Part shown: piece by piece, positions 11,157 to 22,370 of the stretch | Position numbering within the stretch: position 1 is the stretch's first letter | Layout of the letters: each line of letters starts with the position of its first letter | DNA from: Promethearchaeota archaeon | GTDB lineage: Archaea > Asgardarchaeota > Lokiarchaeia > Sigyniarchaeales > SOKP01 | Direction: 5' to 3' | Assembly: GCA_048940645.1 (NCBI GenBank) | Contig: JBHLOI010000001.1 | Coordinates: 1 to 64,000, forward strand | Length of the DNA: 64,000 nucleotides | Position numbers and translations under genes: made by a program | The notes under the pieces: generated by a model | Told to the model about the DNA's origin: nothing | Databases searched by the model: none | Seen by the model: the letters and a program-made list of their open reading frames with translations, nothing else

Positions 11157-12017
11157 TTAAATACTTTCTTTAATTAATTTCGGCACATCCCATGGAGTTT
11201 CTGCTATTAATACTCCTACTTTTTTTAATACCTCAATTTTACCTTGCGCTGTACCAAAATCACCGGAAATAATTGCACCTGCATGTCCCATTCTTTTCCC
11301 TTCTGGGGCACTTTTTCCAGCAATATATGCAACCACCGATTTTTCAACATATTTTTCAATAAATTTAGCTGTCTTTTCTTCCTCATCACTACCTATTTCA
11401 CCTATAAGAACAATAAGTTTTGTGTGCAGGTCTTTCGAATAATATTCGACAGCTTCTACCATTGTAGTACCACGTACAGGGTCTCCTCCAATTCCAATAT
11501 ATGCTGAAACTCCTATATTTTGATCTCCAATAGCTTTTGTTATTTCATAAGAGAGGGTGCCGCTTTTTGAGATAACAGCAACATTCCCAAAATGGCACAT
11601 ATCACCTGGCATTATACCAAGTTTGATTTTATCGGGGATCAACATTCCAGGACAGTTTGGCCCAATTATATGGACTGTTTTTTCATGAGCCATCTCAATT
11701 AAACGAAGCATATCAAAAACAGGAACATTTTCACTGATGATACAAGTTATATTAATTCCTGCAAGTATACTTTCTTTTACTGCTCCAAAAGTGAATTTAG
11801 CGGGAACAAATACAATACTTGTATCACAATCGGTTTCCTTAATAGCTTCTTTCACTGTGTTATACACAGGAACTCCAAATATTTCCTGTCCTCCCTTACC
11901 TGGTGTTACTCCTGCTACAATATTAGTTCCATAATCAAGCATTAATTTCGTATGAAATATACCTTGGTTTCCTGTAATTCCTTGAACTAAAACTCTTGAA
12001 TTATGATTGATATACAC
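11157..12017 (-). CDS. sucD: Succinyl-CoA synthetase alpha subunit
   Basis: VQGITG, GVTPGKGG, GPNCPG, SKSGTL, RMGHAGA. Confidence 0.95.
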   Translation of the reverse strand: MYINHNSRVLVQGITGNQGIFHTKLMLDYGTNIVAGVTPGKGGQEIFGVPVYNTVKEAIKETDCDTSIVFVPAKFTFGAVKESILAGINITCIISENVPVFDMLRLIEMAHEKTVHIIGPNCPGMLIPDKIKLGIMPGDMCHFGNVAVISKSGTLSYEITKAIGDQNIGVSAYIGIGGDPVRGTTMVEAVEYYSKDLHTKLIVLIGEIGSDEEEKTAKFIEKYVEKSVVAYIAGKSAPEGKRMGHAGAIISGDFGTAQGKIEVLKKVGVLIAETPWDVPKLIKESI

Positions 12018-12031
12018 ACTATCTACCCCCT

Positions 12032-13156
12032 TTAATTTACTAAGACCTCTTTTAATTTTTCTACAGCTTCCATAACATTCTTATATGCATTAATGTCAGC
12101 CTCTTTAAGAATAGCTATTCCTTCTTTATCGTTTGTTCCAGTTAGTCTTATAACTAATGGTGGTATTTTCTTAAAGTCTTTAAGAGCTTGGACAATCGCT
12201 GCTGCAACGATATCACAACGTGTTATACCTCCAAATATATTTACTAATACTGCTTTGGGCTTCATTTTAAAAAGTAATTCTAAGGCTTTATAAACACGTT
12301 CTTTACTGGCACCACCTCCAACGTCCAAAAAATTTGCTGGTTTTAAATCTTGCTCGGATAGAACATCCAATAGAGCCATAGTTAAGCCTGCGCCATTTGC
12401 TAAGATACCAATATCCCCTTCTAATTCCACAAAAGAGAATCCTGCTTCTTCTGCTACTTTTTCTAATTCCGAAAGTTTTTTTGATTGAAATTCTCGAACA
12501 ATGGGCTGTCTAAATGCACTATCATCATCTAGAATCATTTTACCATCCAAAGCCACTAATCCAGTGGAAGTTAATACTAACGGATTAATTTCGACTAATT
12601 GTGCTTCGAGGTTTAGTGTTATATCCCATAATTTTAAAAATATAGCTTTAATGTCATTTAATAGTGATTCTGAAAAACCTAATCGTTCGGCAATGCTGTT
12701 AACGATTTTTTCTGATAATCCTTGCTTATAAGTAAAATTTTCTTTAATAATTGCTTCTGGATTATTTTTAGAGACTTCTTCAATATCAATACCACCTTCT
12801 TCGCTAGTAATAATAAAAAATTGTCTTCCCGAAGCATCCAATGCTATAGAACAATAATATTCATGTTTAATATCAACTAACTCTTCAATGAGAATGGCTT
12901 CTACTCCAAAACCAGCGATAATTCTTTTAAAATATTCCTTACATAATGAAATTGCTTCTTTTCTTGACTGAGCAATCTTTATTAGACCAGCCTTTTTTCT
13001 ACTTCCAATAGCAATTTGAGATTTGACAATGGCAGGGAAGTTAAATTGATTTACTTTCTCTTCTATATTATCTCCTTTTATAATAATGATATTTTTTGCT
13101 AGTGGGATATCAAATTTACCAAAAATTTCTTTACTTTCATACTCAAGTAATCTAAT
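12032..13156 (-). CDS. sucC: Succinyl-CoA synthetase beta subunit, full length 374 aa with a probable ATT start
   Basis: Frame stays open 105 codons upstream of the track ORF (12841), reading IRLLEYESKEIFGKFDIP...VKSQIAIGSRKKAGLIK...EYYCSIALD; in-frame TAA at 13160-13162; RBS GGTGGAG just upstream of ATT; EGGIDIEE, EINPL, NGAGL, NFLDVGGG, GGITRCD motifs. Confidence 0.9.
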   Translation of the reverse strand: MRLLEYESKEIFGKFDIPLAKNIIIIKGDNIEEKVNQFNFPAIVKSQIAIGSRKKAGLIKIAQSRKEAISLCKEYFKRIIAGFGVEAILIEELVDIKHEYYCSIALDASGRQFFIITSEEGGIDIEEVSKNNPEAIIKENFTYKQGLSEKIVNSIAERLGFSESLLNDIKAIFLKLWDITLNLEAQLVEINPLVLTSTGLVALDGKMILDDDSAFRQPIVREFQSKKLSELEKVAEEAGFSFVELEGDIGILANGAGLTMALLDVLSEQDLKPANFLDVGGGASKERVYKALELLFKMKPKAVLVNIFGGITRCDIVAAAIVQALKDFKKIPPLVIRLTGTNDKEGIAILKEADINAYKNVMEAVEKLKEVLVN

Positions 13157-13372
13157 CTTTTACTCCACCTATCTTTTAAAGCATCAAGCAAATTAAACGG
13201 AATTTTAATTAAGTATGAATTCTCTTCTTAAATTATTAAAATTTCTTCTAATAAACTATAATTAAGATCAAAAATTTCATTCAGTTTCTTTAATTTTTGA
13301 GTTTTAATATATTACTTTAATATAGAATTAAAAGAAATTAATTATATTGAAAAAAACATCTAAAACCTAATT

Positions 13373-14806
13373 TTGAAGTCATCAGAAAAAGGTTCAGGAC
13401 AAACTAAATTGAAAGAGAAAAACATAGGAAAAACAATTCTGTTTTCCATGGGATACTTCTTTAATACCTATATTATTGTAGCTTTTAATAATTATGTTTG
13501 GACTTATTATGAAGGAGAACTGGGTTTAATTAGTTTAGTATATCCGATTGGGTCATGGGCAATTTATATGGCGATTGCAAATACAATATATACAATTTGG
13601 AGTATGATAAGTAATCCTCTTTTAGGATACTATACAGATCGCCCCTTAAAATCAACGAGAAGGATTGGATTCCATACACCTTGGATCTTCATTAGCGGAA
13701 TACCAACAATCTTTTTATTCTTTTTCATTTTTACGCCGCCTTCTGTTTCAGGGCCAGAGAGCGCATTGCCAATTATAATATACTATCTATTAATTGTATG
13801 CTCTTTTGATATATTCAACTCGCTTTTTCAAACACATTCATTTGGAGCATTTGCTGCCCATTTTAGGAGTGATACAGCACGTAGAAGAGCAGGATTTTTC
13901 ACTCAACTCTTCACATTTCTTGCGAATTTTTTAGCAATAACTATATGGTCTCAAATAATTGATCCTGGTAATCCGACCACTTTTATAATCGCTGCATTAA
14001 TAAGTAGTATAGTCATGGGGATTTCTTTAATAATTTTTTTTCCTGGTGCAAAAGAATCTAATGAGATAAAAGAAAGATTTATAATGGGTTATGAAACGGC
14101 GGAAAAAATTCCTTTTTTTCGAACTATGAAAATGATGCTCAAGCAAAAAAACTTTATGTTAGCTCTTTTTACATACATCTCATTCATGATAGCAATTGGT
14201 TTGACAAGTATGAATGCTGTAAATTTCGTAGATGATGTCTTACAGGAAGGACAACACATAAGGTCAATCGGGGCAGTTATAACGCTTATCTTCTCATTAT
14301 TAACAATGCCAATTTGGGCTCTGCTTGCGAAAAAAATTGGCCATTCTAATACTTATTCAATAGGGTTAGTAGCTTTTGGTCTTAGCCTATTACTGAATTT
14401 ATTTATTACGAATGCATTAGAATTCTATATAATTAGTTCTTTTAATGGTGTAGCAATTGCAATGTACATGATTATGTTATCACCTGTTTTAGCAGACTGC
14501 TATGACGAAATTGCTGTGAAGACTAAAAAACACCATCAAGCTACATTAATAGGAATCCGAAATATTTTTGTTAGATCTACTCTATTAATTCAAAGTTTTA
14601 TCATAGCAATAATTCATGCTTTAACTGTTTATGATCCAAATAATTTAATCCATACTAATGAGGCATTATTAGGACTCCGTTTGATTCAAGGCTTTTTCCC
14701 TTTCATTTTTTGTGTAATCGCAGCTCTAATATTTCTAAAATGGTATGATTTAAAAGGCAAGAAAAAGCAAGAAATAATGCAAAAATTACAGAATATGGGT
14801 TTATAA
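13373..14806 (+). CDS. MFS transporter, glycoside-pentoside-hexuronide (MelB-like) family
   Basis: About 12 hydrophobic segments, NPLLGYYTDR, ADCYDE, WYDL C-terminal motif. Confidence 0.8.
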   Translation: MKSSEKGSGQTKLKEKNIGKTILFSMGYFFNTYIIVAFNNYVWTYYEGELGLISLVYPIGSWAIYMAIANTIYTIWSMISNPLLGYYTDRPLKSTRRIGFHTPWIFISGIPTIFLFFFIFTPPSVSGPESALPIIIYYLLIVCSFDIFNSLFQTHSFGAFAAHFRSDTARRRAGFFTQLFTFLANFLAITIWSQIIDPGNPTTFIIAALISSIVMGISLIIFFPGAKESNEIKERFIMGYETAEKIPFFRTMKMMLKQKNFMLALFTYISFMIAIGLTSMNAVNFVDDVLQEGQHIRSIGAVITLIFSLLTMPIWALLAKKIGHSNTYSIGLVAFGLSLLLNLFITNALEFYIISSFNGVAIAMYMIMLSPVLADCYDEIAVKTKKHHQATLIGIRNIFVRSTLLIQSFIIAIIHALTVYDPNNLIHTNEALLGLRLIQGFFPFIFCVIAALIFLKWYDLKGKKKQEIMQKLQNMGL

Positions 14807-14924
14807 GTTTATTGGTATCAAATTAATATCAAATTAATTTGTTAAGATATCTTTTAAAAGATAGATTTATTAAAGATACCAATATTCTTTATAGGTTGAA
14901 TTACAATATGAGGGAAATTTAAAA

Positions 14925-15728
14925 TTGTCTGGATATATTGGCAAGAAAATTAGATTAGAAAGAATAATTAATAGAGAAACAAATAGGACTATTATTATTC
15001 CAATGGATCATGGATTAACTGTTGGACCAATTAAGGGAATTGAAAAAAAACTAGGAGAAATGGTTAATAAGATTGCTCTTGGTGGAGCTAATGCTGTTTT
15101 AGGTCACGTTGGAATCCCTTTATATGCGCATAGAGGTTATGGACCAGATATTGGCTTAATTCTGCATTTATCTGGTTCAACTTCATTAAGTCCAGATGCA
15201 AATTATAAAGTTCTGGTAAATACTGTGCTAGAAGCTGTTAAATTTGGAGCGGATGGTGTGTCAATTCATATTAATATTGGAACATCATCAGATCCAGAAA
15301 TGCTAGAAACTTTAGGAAGAGTATCAAGAGAATGTCGAGATCTTGGAATGCCACTTCTCGCTATGATGTATCCAAGAGGGGAAAATATTGACGATGAATA
15401 TAATGTCGAAGTGGTTAAAATAACTGCTAGGGTTGCTGCTGAGTTAGGCGCCGATATTGTCAAGACAAATTGGACTGGAGACCCTGATTCTTTTAAAGAA
15501 GTGGTTGACGGATGTATGGCGCCTGTGATAATTGCAGGAGGAGAAAAGGCAGGAATCAGAGAAATTCTTGAGATAACTAAACAATCAATAGACGTGGGCG
15601 GAGCTGGCGTTGCTTATGGAAGAAATGTTTTCCAAGCAGACGATCCTACAGAATTTGTAAAAGCGTTATTTCTAATTGTTCATAAAAATTATGATGTAGA
15701 TGAAGCATTAAGAGAATTAAATCTTTGA
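14925..15728 (+). CDS. 2-amino-3,7-dideoxy-D-threo-hept-6-ulosonate synthase / DhnA-type class I aldolase
   Basis: PMDHG, PLLAMMYPRG, ELGADIVKT Schiff-base Lys, IAGG, GRNVFQ. Confidence 0.85.
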   Translation: MSGYIGKKIRLERIINRETNRTIIIPMDHGLTVGPIKGIEKKLGEMVNKIALGGANAVLGHVGIPLYAHRGYGPDIGLILHLSGSTSLSPDANYKVLVNTVLEAVKFGADGVSIHINIGTSSDPEMLETLGRVSRECRDLGMPLLAMMYPRGENIDDEYNVEVVKITARVAAELGADIVKTNWTGDPDSFKEVVDGCMAPVIIAGGEKAGIREILEITKQSIDVGGAGVAYGRNVFQADDPTEFVKALFLIVHKNYDVDEALRELNL

Positions 15729-15852
15729 TTTTCTATTTAATCCTACATTTCCTGTTTATATGAAAGAAATCTTTATAGTTTAGAAAAACAAGATTGATTA
15801 TTTATGCATCTTAAATTATAATTGACAAAATTAGTTAAAAATTGACGTAAAT

Positions 15853-17916
15853 ATGATGTTTAAGGATTTTCTTTATTTAGACTCTAATACTGATGAAGAG
15901 ATTCGTGTTGAGGATCTTGTTAAACGATTAAATATCGAAGAAAAAATTCGGCTCCTAAGAGGTGATGGTTTTTGGAGAACTAATAAAATTAAGCGACTTA
16001 ACATACCTGCTTTTGGAATGACTGATGGTCCTCTCGGAATTGCTTGGCATTCTAGCCATAGAGGAAAAAGAACCCGATTTCCAGCCACAATTGGACTAGC
16101 AGCCACTTGGAATAAAGAATTAGCGTATAAAATGGGGGAAGCAATAGGAAAAGAAGCGAAATTATCGGGAAGACATCAAGTTTTAGGACCAGGAGTTAAT
16201 ATAATCCGCTCTCCATTATGCGGTAGGAATTTCGAGTATTTAAGTGAAGACCCAGTACTATCATCTGATATTGCCGCTGAGGTGGTTAAAGGAATTCAAT
16301 CTCAGAAAATAGCCTCATGTATAAAACATTACCTAACTAATAATTCAGAAACTAAGCGTATGAAAATAAGTACTGAAATAAGTGAACGAGCCCTACAAGA
16401 AATCTTTGTTAAAAATTACAGAAGAATCATTGAAAAATCAGATCCTTGGGGCGTCATGGTATGCTACAACAAAATAAATGGCACATATGGTGCAGAAAAT
16501 AAATATATTTTACGAGATATTTTACGAGATCAACTTGGATTTACGGGACATGTTATTACCGATTGGGGTGCTGCACAGCGTACATCAAGTACCGCAAAAT
16601 GCATTAAAGCAGGATTGAGCTTGGAAATGCCAGGAAGCTTTTTCAGTAAAAAACTTACACCAAAGAAAATTCAGAAAGCATTGAATAATGGAGAAATAAA
16701 TGAGGAAGATCTGAACTATGTTTTACGTTATTTAATCCGCACGTTTATTCGGGTAGAATTATTTGAGAAAGTTGAAGAGAAAGTTCAAAAGGTATTGAAT
16801 ATCCCTGAGCATCAAAAAATAGCTCAAAGAATTGCGGAAGAAGGTATCATACTTCTTAAAAATGAACCAAAAATCTTACCGATAGATATTGGTGGTATAA
16901 ACAAAATTGCAATATTAGGTCCAAATGCTAAAAAAATCTTTGGAAAGCCGTTGCATGGAGGCAGTTCGGCTGTTGTTCCTCCAAAATTTATCACTCCATA
17001 TGAAGGAATAAAAAACTATACTCTAGGAAAAGTTAATATCGTAGAGTCTCCTGAAGAAGCTGATATAGTGTTTTTAGTCCTTGGACTTAATCATGGGGGG
17101 AGTATACTTTCGATGTTTTTTTCTAAGAAAGAAGGTGATACTGAGGGCAGAGATCGAACTCGATACTCACTTCCTGATAAACAGATACATTTAATTCACG
17201 AAACTCTAAAAAGAAATCCAAATGTTGTGGTTATACTAGTGATGGGAAGTCCAATAGAGCTTTCGGATTGGTTTGAAAAAGTACCTGCTGTTATTAATGC
17301 ATGGTATCCTGGAATGATGGGAGGAGACGCAATAGCCCGGGTTATTTTTGGAGATTTAAATCCTTCAGGTAAATTACCCATCACTTATCCTAAAAAATTA
17401 GATGATCACCCTGCCCATAAATCGAATAAAAGGTTTCCAGGAGATTTAGACAACTTAAAGATCTATTTTGATGAAGGTATTTATGTAGGATACCGGTTTT
17501 TTGATAAATTTCAAATTGAACCTTCTTTTCCATTTGGATTTGGTCTTTCATACACGAGCTTTGAATTTTCGAATATCAAGATAGATAAATCCCATGTGAA
17601 AGGACAAAATAATTTTACTGTTTCTCTAGATATTAAAAATATTGGAAAGTTTCCAGGGGCAGAGGTTGTTCAGGTTTATATTAGTGATGATGATTGTTCC
17701 GTGGATCGCCCACCAAGAGAACTCCAAGGTTTTGAGAAAGTCTTTTTAGAATCTGGTGAGATAAAAACAATATCAATCACGTTAGATGAATCCGCTTTTG
17801 AGTTTTATTCTGAAGATGATCATAGATTTAAAAGGGAAGCAGGAAGCTTTACAATTTGGGTTGGAAATTCCTCGAGGAATCTTCCCTTATCTATTAAAAT
17901 TGATTACTCTAGTTAA
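15853..17916 (+). CDS. Glycoside hydrolase family 3 beta-glucosidase with C-terminal Fn3-like domain
   Basis: TDGPLG, GRNFEYLSEDP, KHY, ITDW nucleophile, EGIYVGYR, FPFGFGLSYT. Confidence 0.93.
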   Translation: MMFKDFLYLDSNTDEEIRVEDLVKRLNIEEKIRLLRGDGFWRTNKIKRLNIPAFGMTDGPLGIAWHSSHRGKRTRFPATIGLAATWNKELAYKMGEAIGKEAKLSGRHQVLGPGVNIIRSPLCGRNFEYLSEDPVLSSDIAAEVVKGIQSQKIASCIKHYLTNNSETKRMKISTEISERALQEIFVKNYRRIIEKSDPWGVMVCYNKINGTYGAENKYILRDILRDQLGFTGHVITDWGAAQRTSSTAKCIKAGLSLEMPGSFFSKKLTPKKIQKALNNGEINEEDLNYVLRYLIRTFIRVELFEKVEEKVQKVLNIPEHQKIAQRIAEEGIILLKNEPKILPIDIGGINKIAILGPNAKKIFGKPLHGGSSAVVPPKFITPYEGIKNYTLGKVNIVESPEEADIVFLVLGLNHGGSILSMFFSKKEGDTEGRDRTRYSLPDKQIHLIHETLKRNPNVVVILVMGSPIELSDWFEKVPAVINAWYPGMMGGDAIARVIFGDLNPSGKLPITYPKKLDDHPAHKSNKRFPGDLDNLKIYFDEGIYVGYRFFDKFQIEPSFPFGFGLSYTSFEFSNIKIDKSHVKGQNNFTVSLDIKNIGKFPGAEVVQVYISDDDCSVDRPPRELQGFEKVFLESGEIKTISITLDESAFEFYSEDDHRFKREAGSFTIWVGNSSRNLPLSIKIDYSS

Positions 17917-18033
17917 TTTATCCATCGTTACATCTTATAATAAATCTCTGCTATTTATAAAGTATAAAAAAAGTCTTTTTAACTGTATTTTTCCCTTCCT
18001 AATATAACTTAACAATTTAAACAGAAATTTATT

Positions 18034-19764
18034 ATGGATTCTCAAAATAATAAAGAAGATATTGCAATAGTTCTCTGCGGGGCTGCGGGACAAGGGATCC
18101 AGACTGTTGAAGCTGTTTTAACTAAAACTTTAAAAAGATCTGGTTATTATGTATTTGCTACTCGTGAATATATGTCAAGAGTTCGTGGAGGAGTGAATTC
18201 TACAGTAATTAGAGTCTCTTCTAAACCCGTAAGAGCATTTGTAGATCAAATCGATATTTTAATTCCACTTAGTGAGGAAGCTGTCTCACATCTAAAACAT
18301 AGAATAACAGACGACACTCTAATTATTGGTGAACAAATATTTATTAATAATGTACAAGAATTGAACTGTAAAAAAGTAGAAATTCCTTTTTTGACCATAT
18401 CAAATGACCTTGGCGGGAAAATTTATGCTAATATTATAGCTTTAGGTGTAATTTTACGTATTTTTAAAGCTGAAAAAACTGTACTTCATAAATTACTAGA
18501 GGAAAATTTTAAATCTAAAGGTCAAGGAATAGTAGAAGCTAATATAAAAGCAGCCAATAAAGGTTATGAAATCATTGAAGATTTGATAGAAAAAGGAAAG
18601 TTTCAAATTAGTTTTAATATAAAAAAAAATCCAGATATAACTGATGATTATATCCTTGATGGAACCCAAGCAGTTGCTTTAGGTGCGATTGCTGGAGGAT
18701 GTAATTTTGCTTGTTTTTATCCAATGGCTCCATCCACAGGGATTGGAACATTTTTAGCTCAACATGCTCTTGATTTTGGGATGATTGTTGATCAATCTGA
18801 AGATGAACTTAGTGTAATTAATAAAACTCTTGGAGCATCTTACGCAGGAGCAAGAGCGTTCGTATCAACCGCAGGAGGTGGTTTTTCTCTGATGGGTGAA
18901 GGTGTTAGTCTCTCAGGTATGGCAGAGTTACCAATTGTAATAGTAGTAGGACAGAGACCTGGACCAGCGACAGGAATGCCTACTCGTACGTGCCAAGAAG
19001 ATATAGAGCTTGTTTTGTACGCAGGAGCAGGTTTTTTTCCAAGAGTTATTTTTTCCCCTGGAACAATTGAAGATGCATTTAAATTAACCCAAAAAGCCTT
19101 TAATTTAACCCAAGAATTTCATGTTCCAGCCTTTATTTTAACAGATCAGTATTTAGTTGATTCCTATTATAATATTGGTTCATTAAATCATGAAAATATG
19201 AAGATTGAGAAACATATTATAAAGACTGATCGAGATTATGAAAGATATAGATATACAGAGATTGGAGTATCTCCTAGAGGGGTTCCTGGACATGGAGATG
19301 GGTTGGTTGATGCTGATAGTCATAGCCATGACGAATTTGGAGAAATAACTGAAGATCCAATCCTTAGGAAAAAAACAGTTCAAAAACGCTTTAAAAAGTT
19401 AGGTCTCCTTAGAAAAATAGCGATTCCACCCGAATTAATTGGAAAAGAAAATTACAAACATTTAATCATAAGTTGGGGAAGTAATTATTATCTCATTAAA
19501 GAAGCTCTAGAAAAGTTAGAGCGAGATGATATTGCCTTCCTGTTTTTCAAACAAATATATCCAGTTCACAAGAGCGTCCTCGATTACTTAATTAAAGCAG
19601 AAACTAAAATTGCTATTGAACAAAATCCAACCGGTCAGTTTGCTAAGTTGTTAGAAAACGAAACACATATTAATATGAATCATAGAATTTTGAAACATAG
19701 TGGTTACGTTTTTTCTGTTGAAGAAATTATTACTGAATTAAAAAAATTTATTGGAGATGGCTAA
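18034..19764 (+). CDS. korA: 2-oxoacid:ferredoxin oxidoreductase alpha subunit (gamma-alpha fusion), probably 2-oxoglutarate-specific
   Basis: GAAGQGIQT, SRVRGG, FYPMAPST, QSEDE, QRPGPATGMPT; substrate inferred from TCA context. Confidence 0.85.
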   Translation: MDSQNNKEDIAIVLCGAAGQGIQTVEAVLTKTLKRSGYYVFATREYMSRVRGGVNSTVIRVSSKPVRAFVDQIDILIPLSEEAVSHLKHRITDDTLIIGEQIFINNVQELNCKKVEIPFLTISNDLGGKIYANIIALGVILRIFKAEKTVLHKLLEENFKSKGQGIVEANIKAANKGYEIIEDLIEKGKFQISFNIKKNPDITDDYILDGTQAVALGAIAGGCNFACFYPMAPSTGIGTFLAQHALDFGMIVDQSEDELSVINKTLGASYAGARAFVSTAGGGFSLMGEGVSLSGMAELPIVIVVGQRPGPATGMPTRTCQEDIELVLYAGAGFFPRVIFSPGTIEDAFKLTQKAFNLTQEFHVPAFILTDQYLVDSYYNIGSLNHENMKIEKHIIKTDRDYERYRYTEIGVSPRGVPGHGDGLVDADSHSHDEFGEITEDPILRKKTVQKRFKKLGLLRKIAIPPELIGKENYKHLIISWGSNYYLIKEALEKLERDDIAFLFFKQIYPVHKSVLDYLIKAETKIAIEQNPTGQFAKLLENETHINMNHRILKHSGYVFSVEEIITELKKFIGDG

Positions 19765-20623
19765 AATGACTGGATCAATATTTGATTATGATGGAGAAAT
19801 TCATTGGTGTCCAGGTTGTGGGAATTACAATGCCCTTAAAGTTATGAAAGAGGTATTAACAGAATTAGAAATAAAACCGCAAGATTTAGTTTTAGTTTCT
19901 GGCATAGGACAAGCAGGTAAATTTCCCCATTTTATAAAGGCACAGAGCTATAATGGTTTGCATGGTCGTTATTTATCTGCAGCTTTAGGGATTAAAGCAT
20001 CTAATCCACAACTTACTGTGATTGCAGTAAGTGGAGATGGTTGTACTTATAGTGAGGGTGGAAATCACTTCATCCATACCATTCGATATAATCCAGATAT
20101 AGTTAATATAGTACATAATAATCAAGTATATGGTTTAACAAAAGGTCAAGCATCTCCCACCTCTCAATTAGGATTTAAAACAAAAGTACAAGTTTTTGGT
20201 GTTATTAATGAACCTTTTAATGCTGTTGCTGTTGCTATCTCATTGAATGCATCATTTGTTGCGAGAGCTTTTGTGGGAGATATAGAACAAACAAAAAAAA
20301 TATTAAAAAAAGCGATTAAGCATAAAGGGTATGCATTAATAGACCTTCTATGCCCATGTGTTACTTTCAATAGAGTAAATACTTTTCAATGGTACAAAGA
20401 GAATAGTTACTACATTAATGATTCTCATGATCAATATGATCAAGAAATAGCAATGAAATTAGCATTAGATACCAAAAAATTTGCGTTAGGGATTTTATAT
20501 ATTAATCTTAATAGAAGACCCTATGAGGAAAATGTTCGCATCTATGATGAAGATAAACGCCCTTTATTTCAAAGAGATCTAGATAAGGGAAAATTCAATG
20601 AACTATTAGATTCATTTCGTTAA
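19751..20623 (+). CDS. korB: 2-oxoacid:ferredoxin oxidoreductase beta subunit (TPP-binding)
   Basis: WCPGCG, SGIGQ, LHGR, GDG...NN TPP motif, YGLTKGQASPT, PCVTFN. Confidence 0.88.
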   Translation: MEMAKMTGSIFDYDGEIHWCPGCGNYNALKVMKEVLTELEIKPQDLVLVSGIGQAGKFPHFIKAQSYNGLHGRYLSAALGIKASNPQLTVIAVSGDGCTYSEGGNHFIHTIRYNPDIVNIVHNNQVYGLTKGQASPTSQLGFKTKVQVFGVINEPFNAVAVAISLNASFVARAFVGDIEQTKKILKKAIKHKGYALIDLLCPCVTFNRVNTFQWYKENSYYINDSHDQYDQEIAMKLALDTKKFALGILYINLNRRPYEENVRIYDEDKRPLFQRDLDKGKFNELLDSFR

Positions 20624-20657
20624 TTCACCTAATTATCAAAAAATGAGTTGAAATCTG

Positions 20658-22370
20658 ATGAGAGTTGAAGATTTTGATGTAGTTATTGTGGGAGCAGGAC
20701 TTAGTGGTTTACGAGCAGCTCTGGAGCTTTCAAGTCAATGGAATACAGCAGTAATTAGTAAAGTTTATCCTGTAAGAAGTCACTCTGGAGCAGCTCAAGG
20801 CGGTATCAATGCAGCTCTGGGAAATTTAGAAGTTGGAAAAGGTGATACACCTAAAGATCATGCGTTTGATACAGTCAAAGGATCCGATTATCTCGCGGAT
20901 CAAGATGTTGTTATGTTTATGTGCGAAGAAGCACCAAAAATAGTTATTGAATTTGAAAGCATGGGAGCTCCATTTTCAAGGTTAGATTCGGGTTTAATCG
21001 CTCAAAGACCATTTGGTGGAGCAGGATTTCCTCGAACTTGTTATGCAGGTGATAGGACAGGCCATGCTTTACTTCACACTTTAAATGAGCAAAGTATACG
21101 TAAGGGAGTTAAATTTTTTGATGAATATTTCTTAGTAGATCTTTTTAAAGCCTATGGAAAAATTGTTGGTTTATTAGCTATTGATATTGCAAAGGGGGAA
21201 TTTGTATCCTTTAGAGCACCATATGTGGTTCTAGCTACAGGTGGTTTTGGGAGAATCTTTAAGAGCTCTACGAATGCAGTTATTAACACGGGAGATGGAG
21301 TTGGAGCTGCGTTTAGAGCGGGCGTTCCTATGCAGGATGTTGAATTTGTTCAATTTCATCCTACTACCCTATATGGGACAAATATATTGATAACTGAAGG
21401 TGCCCGAGGTGAAGGTGGATATTTGTTCAATAATAATGGCGAAAGATTTATGAAAGGAACTGCTCCTGATGCTATGGAACTTGCACCAAGAGACATTGTT
21501 GCACGAGCTATTGATACTGAAGTGTTAGAAGGGAGTGGTTTTGAGGATGCATATGTTCACTTAGATCTTACTCATCTTGGAGCCGAGCGCATTAAGGAGC
21601 GACTACCTGGAATACGTGAAATAAGTATATATTTTGCTGGAGTAGATCCTATTGAAGAACCTATACCCGTACAACCAGGTCAACATTATTCTATGGGAGG
21701 GATTGGAACAAAATATAATGGTAATTATGGAGAAACAGAGTTACCAGGTCTTTATGCCATAGGAGAGAACTCATGTTTATCTGTACATGGAGCCAATCGA
21801 TTAGGAGGAAACTCACTATTAGAAACTTCAGTATTCGGAAGGTACATAGGGAGAAATCTGCTTAAAAAAGGTTTACCAAAACCGATTGCATCAAAACATA
21901 TCAAAGAAGCAGAGGATGAAAAATTAAGAAGCGTTGATAAGTTATTAAAAAGCTGGGAAAATAATACCGGTAAAAAGCCTATTGAAATAAGAAATGAGAT
22001 GGGGGATGTATTAAATAAGAAAGTTGGAGTATTTCGGAATCATGATGATCTTGAAGAAGCAGTTAATACAATACTTAGATTGCTAAAAGAATTCCGAAAT
22101 ATTCATATAGCAACTGAAGATCGAAGATTCAATTATGGTTTACTTAGAGCCTTAGAACTAAGAAATATGTTAGATATAGCAGAAGCTACAGCTTATGCTG
22201 CATTATGGAGAAAGGAAAGTAGAGGTGCTCACTTCAGAAGAGACTATCCCAAACGTAATGATACTGATTATTTAATACACACCATGGTTTATCGAGAAAA
22301 TGGTAGTTTAATAATTAAAACAAAACCAGTTAAATTAGGAATTTTTGAGGTAAAGGAGAGGAAATACTAA
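20658..22370 (+). CDS. sdhA: Succinate dehydrogenase/fumarate reductase flavoprotein subunit
   Basis: [16 protein letters not shown] (covalent FAD His), [37 protein letters not shown]. Confidence 0.93.
   Translation: MRVEDFDVVIVGAGLSGLRAALELSSQWNTAVISKVYPVRSHSGAAQGGINAALGNLEVGKGDTPKDHAFDTVKGSDYLADQDVVMFMCEEAPKIVIEFESMGAPFSRLDSGLIAQRPFGGAGFPRTCYAGDRTGHALLHTLNEQSIRKGVKFFDEYFLVDLFKAYGKIVGLLAIDIAKGEFVSFRAPYVVLATGGFGRIFKSSTNAVINTGDGVGAAFRAGVPMQDVEFVQFHPTTLYGTNILITEGARGEGGYLFNNNGERFMKGTAPDAMELAPRDIVARAIDTEVLEGSGFEDAYVHLDLTHLGAERIKERLPGIREISIYFAGVDPIEEPIPVQPGQHYSMGGIGTKYNGNYGETELPGLYAIGENSCLSVHGANRLGGNSLLETSVFGRYIGRNLLKKGLPKPIASKHIKEAEDEKLRSVDKLLKSWENNTGKKPIEIRNEMGDVLNKKVGVFRNHDDLEEAVNTILRLLKEFRNIHIATEDRRFNYGLLRALELRNMLDIAEATAYAALWRKESRGAHFRRDYPKRNDTDYLIHTMVYRENGSLIIKTKPVKLGIFEVKERKY

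Noticed and set aside
12032-12841. sucC as a 5'-truncated pseudogene (269 aa in the ORF track)
   Set aside because: The frame is open and conserved up to 13156; only a canonical start codon is missing.
14848-14863. Perfect 16-bp palindrome TATCTTTTAAAAGATA upstream of the aldolase gene
   Set aside because: It is almost entirely A/T in an AT-rich genome and I noticed no second copy; evidence for an operator is insufficient.
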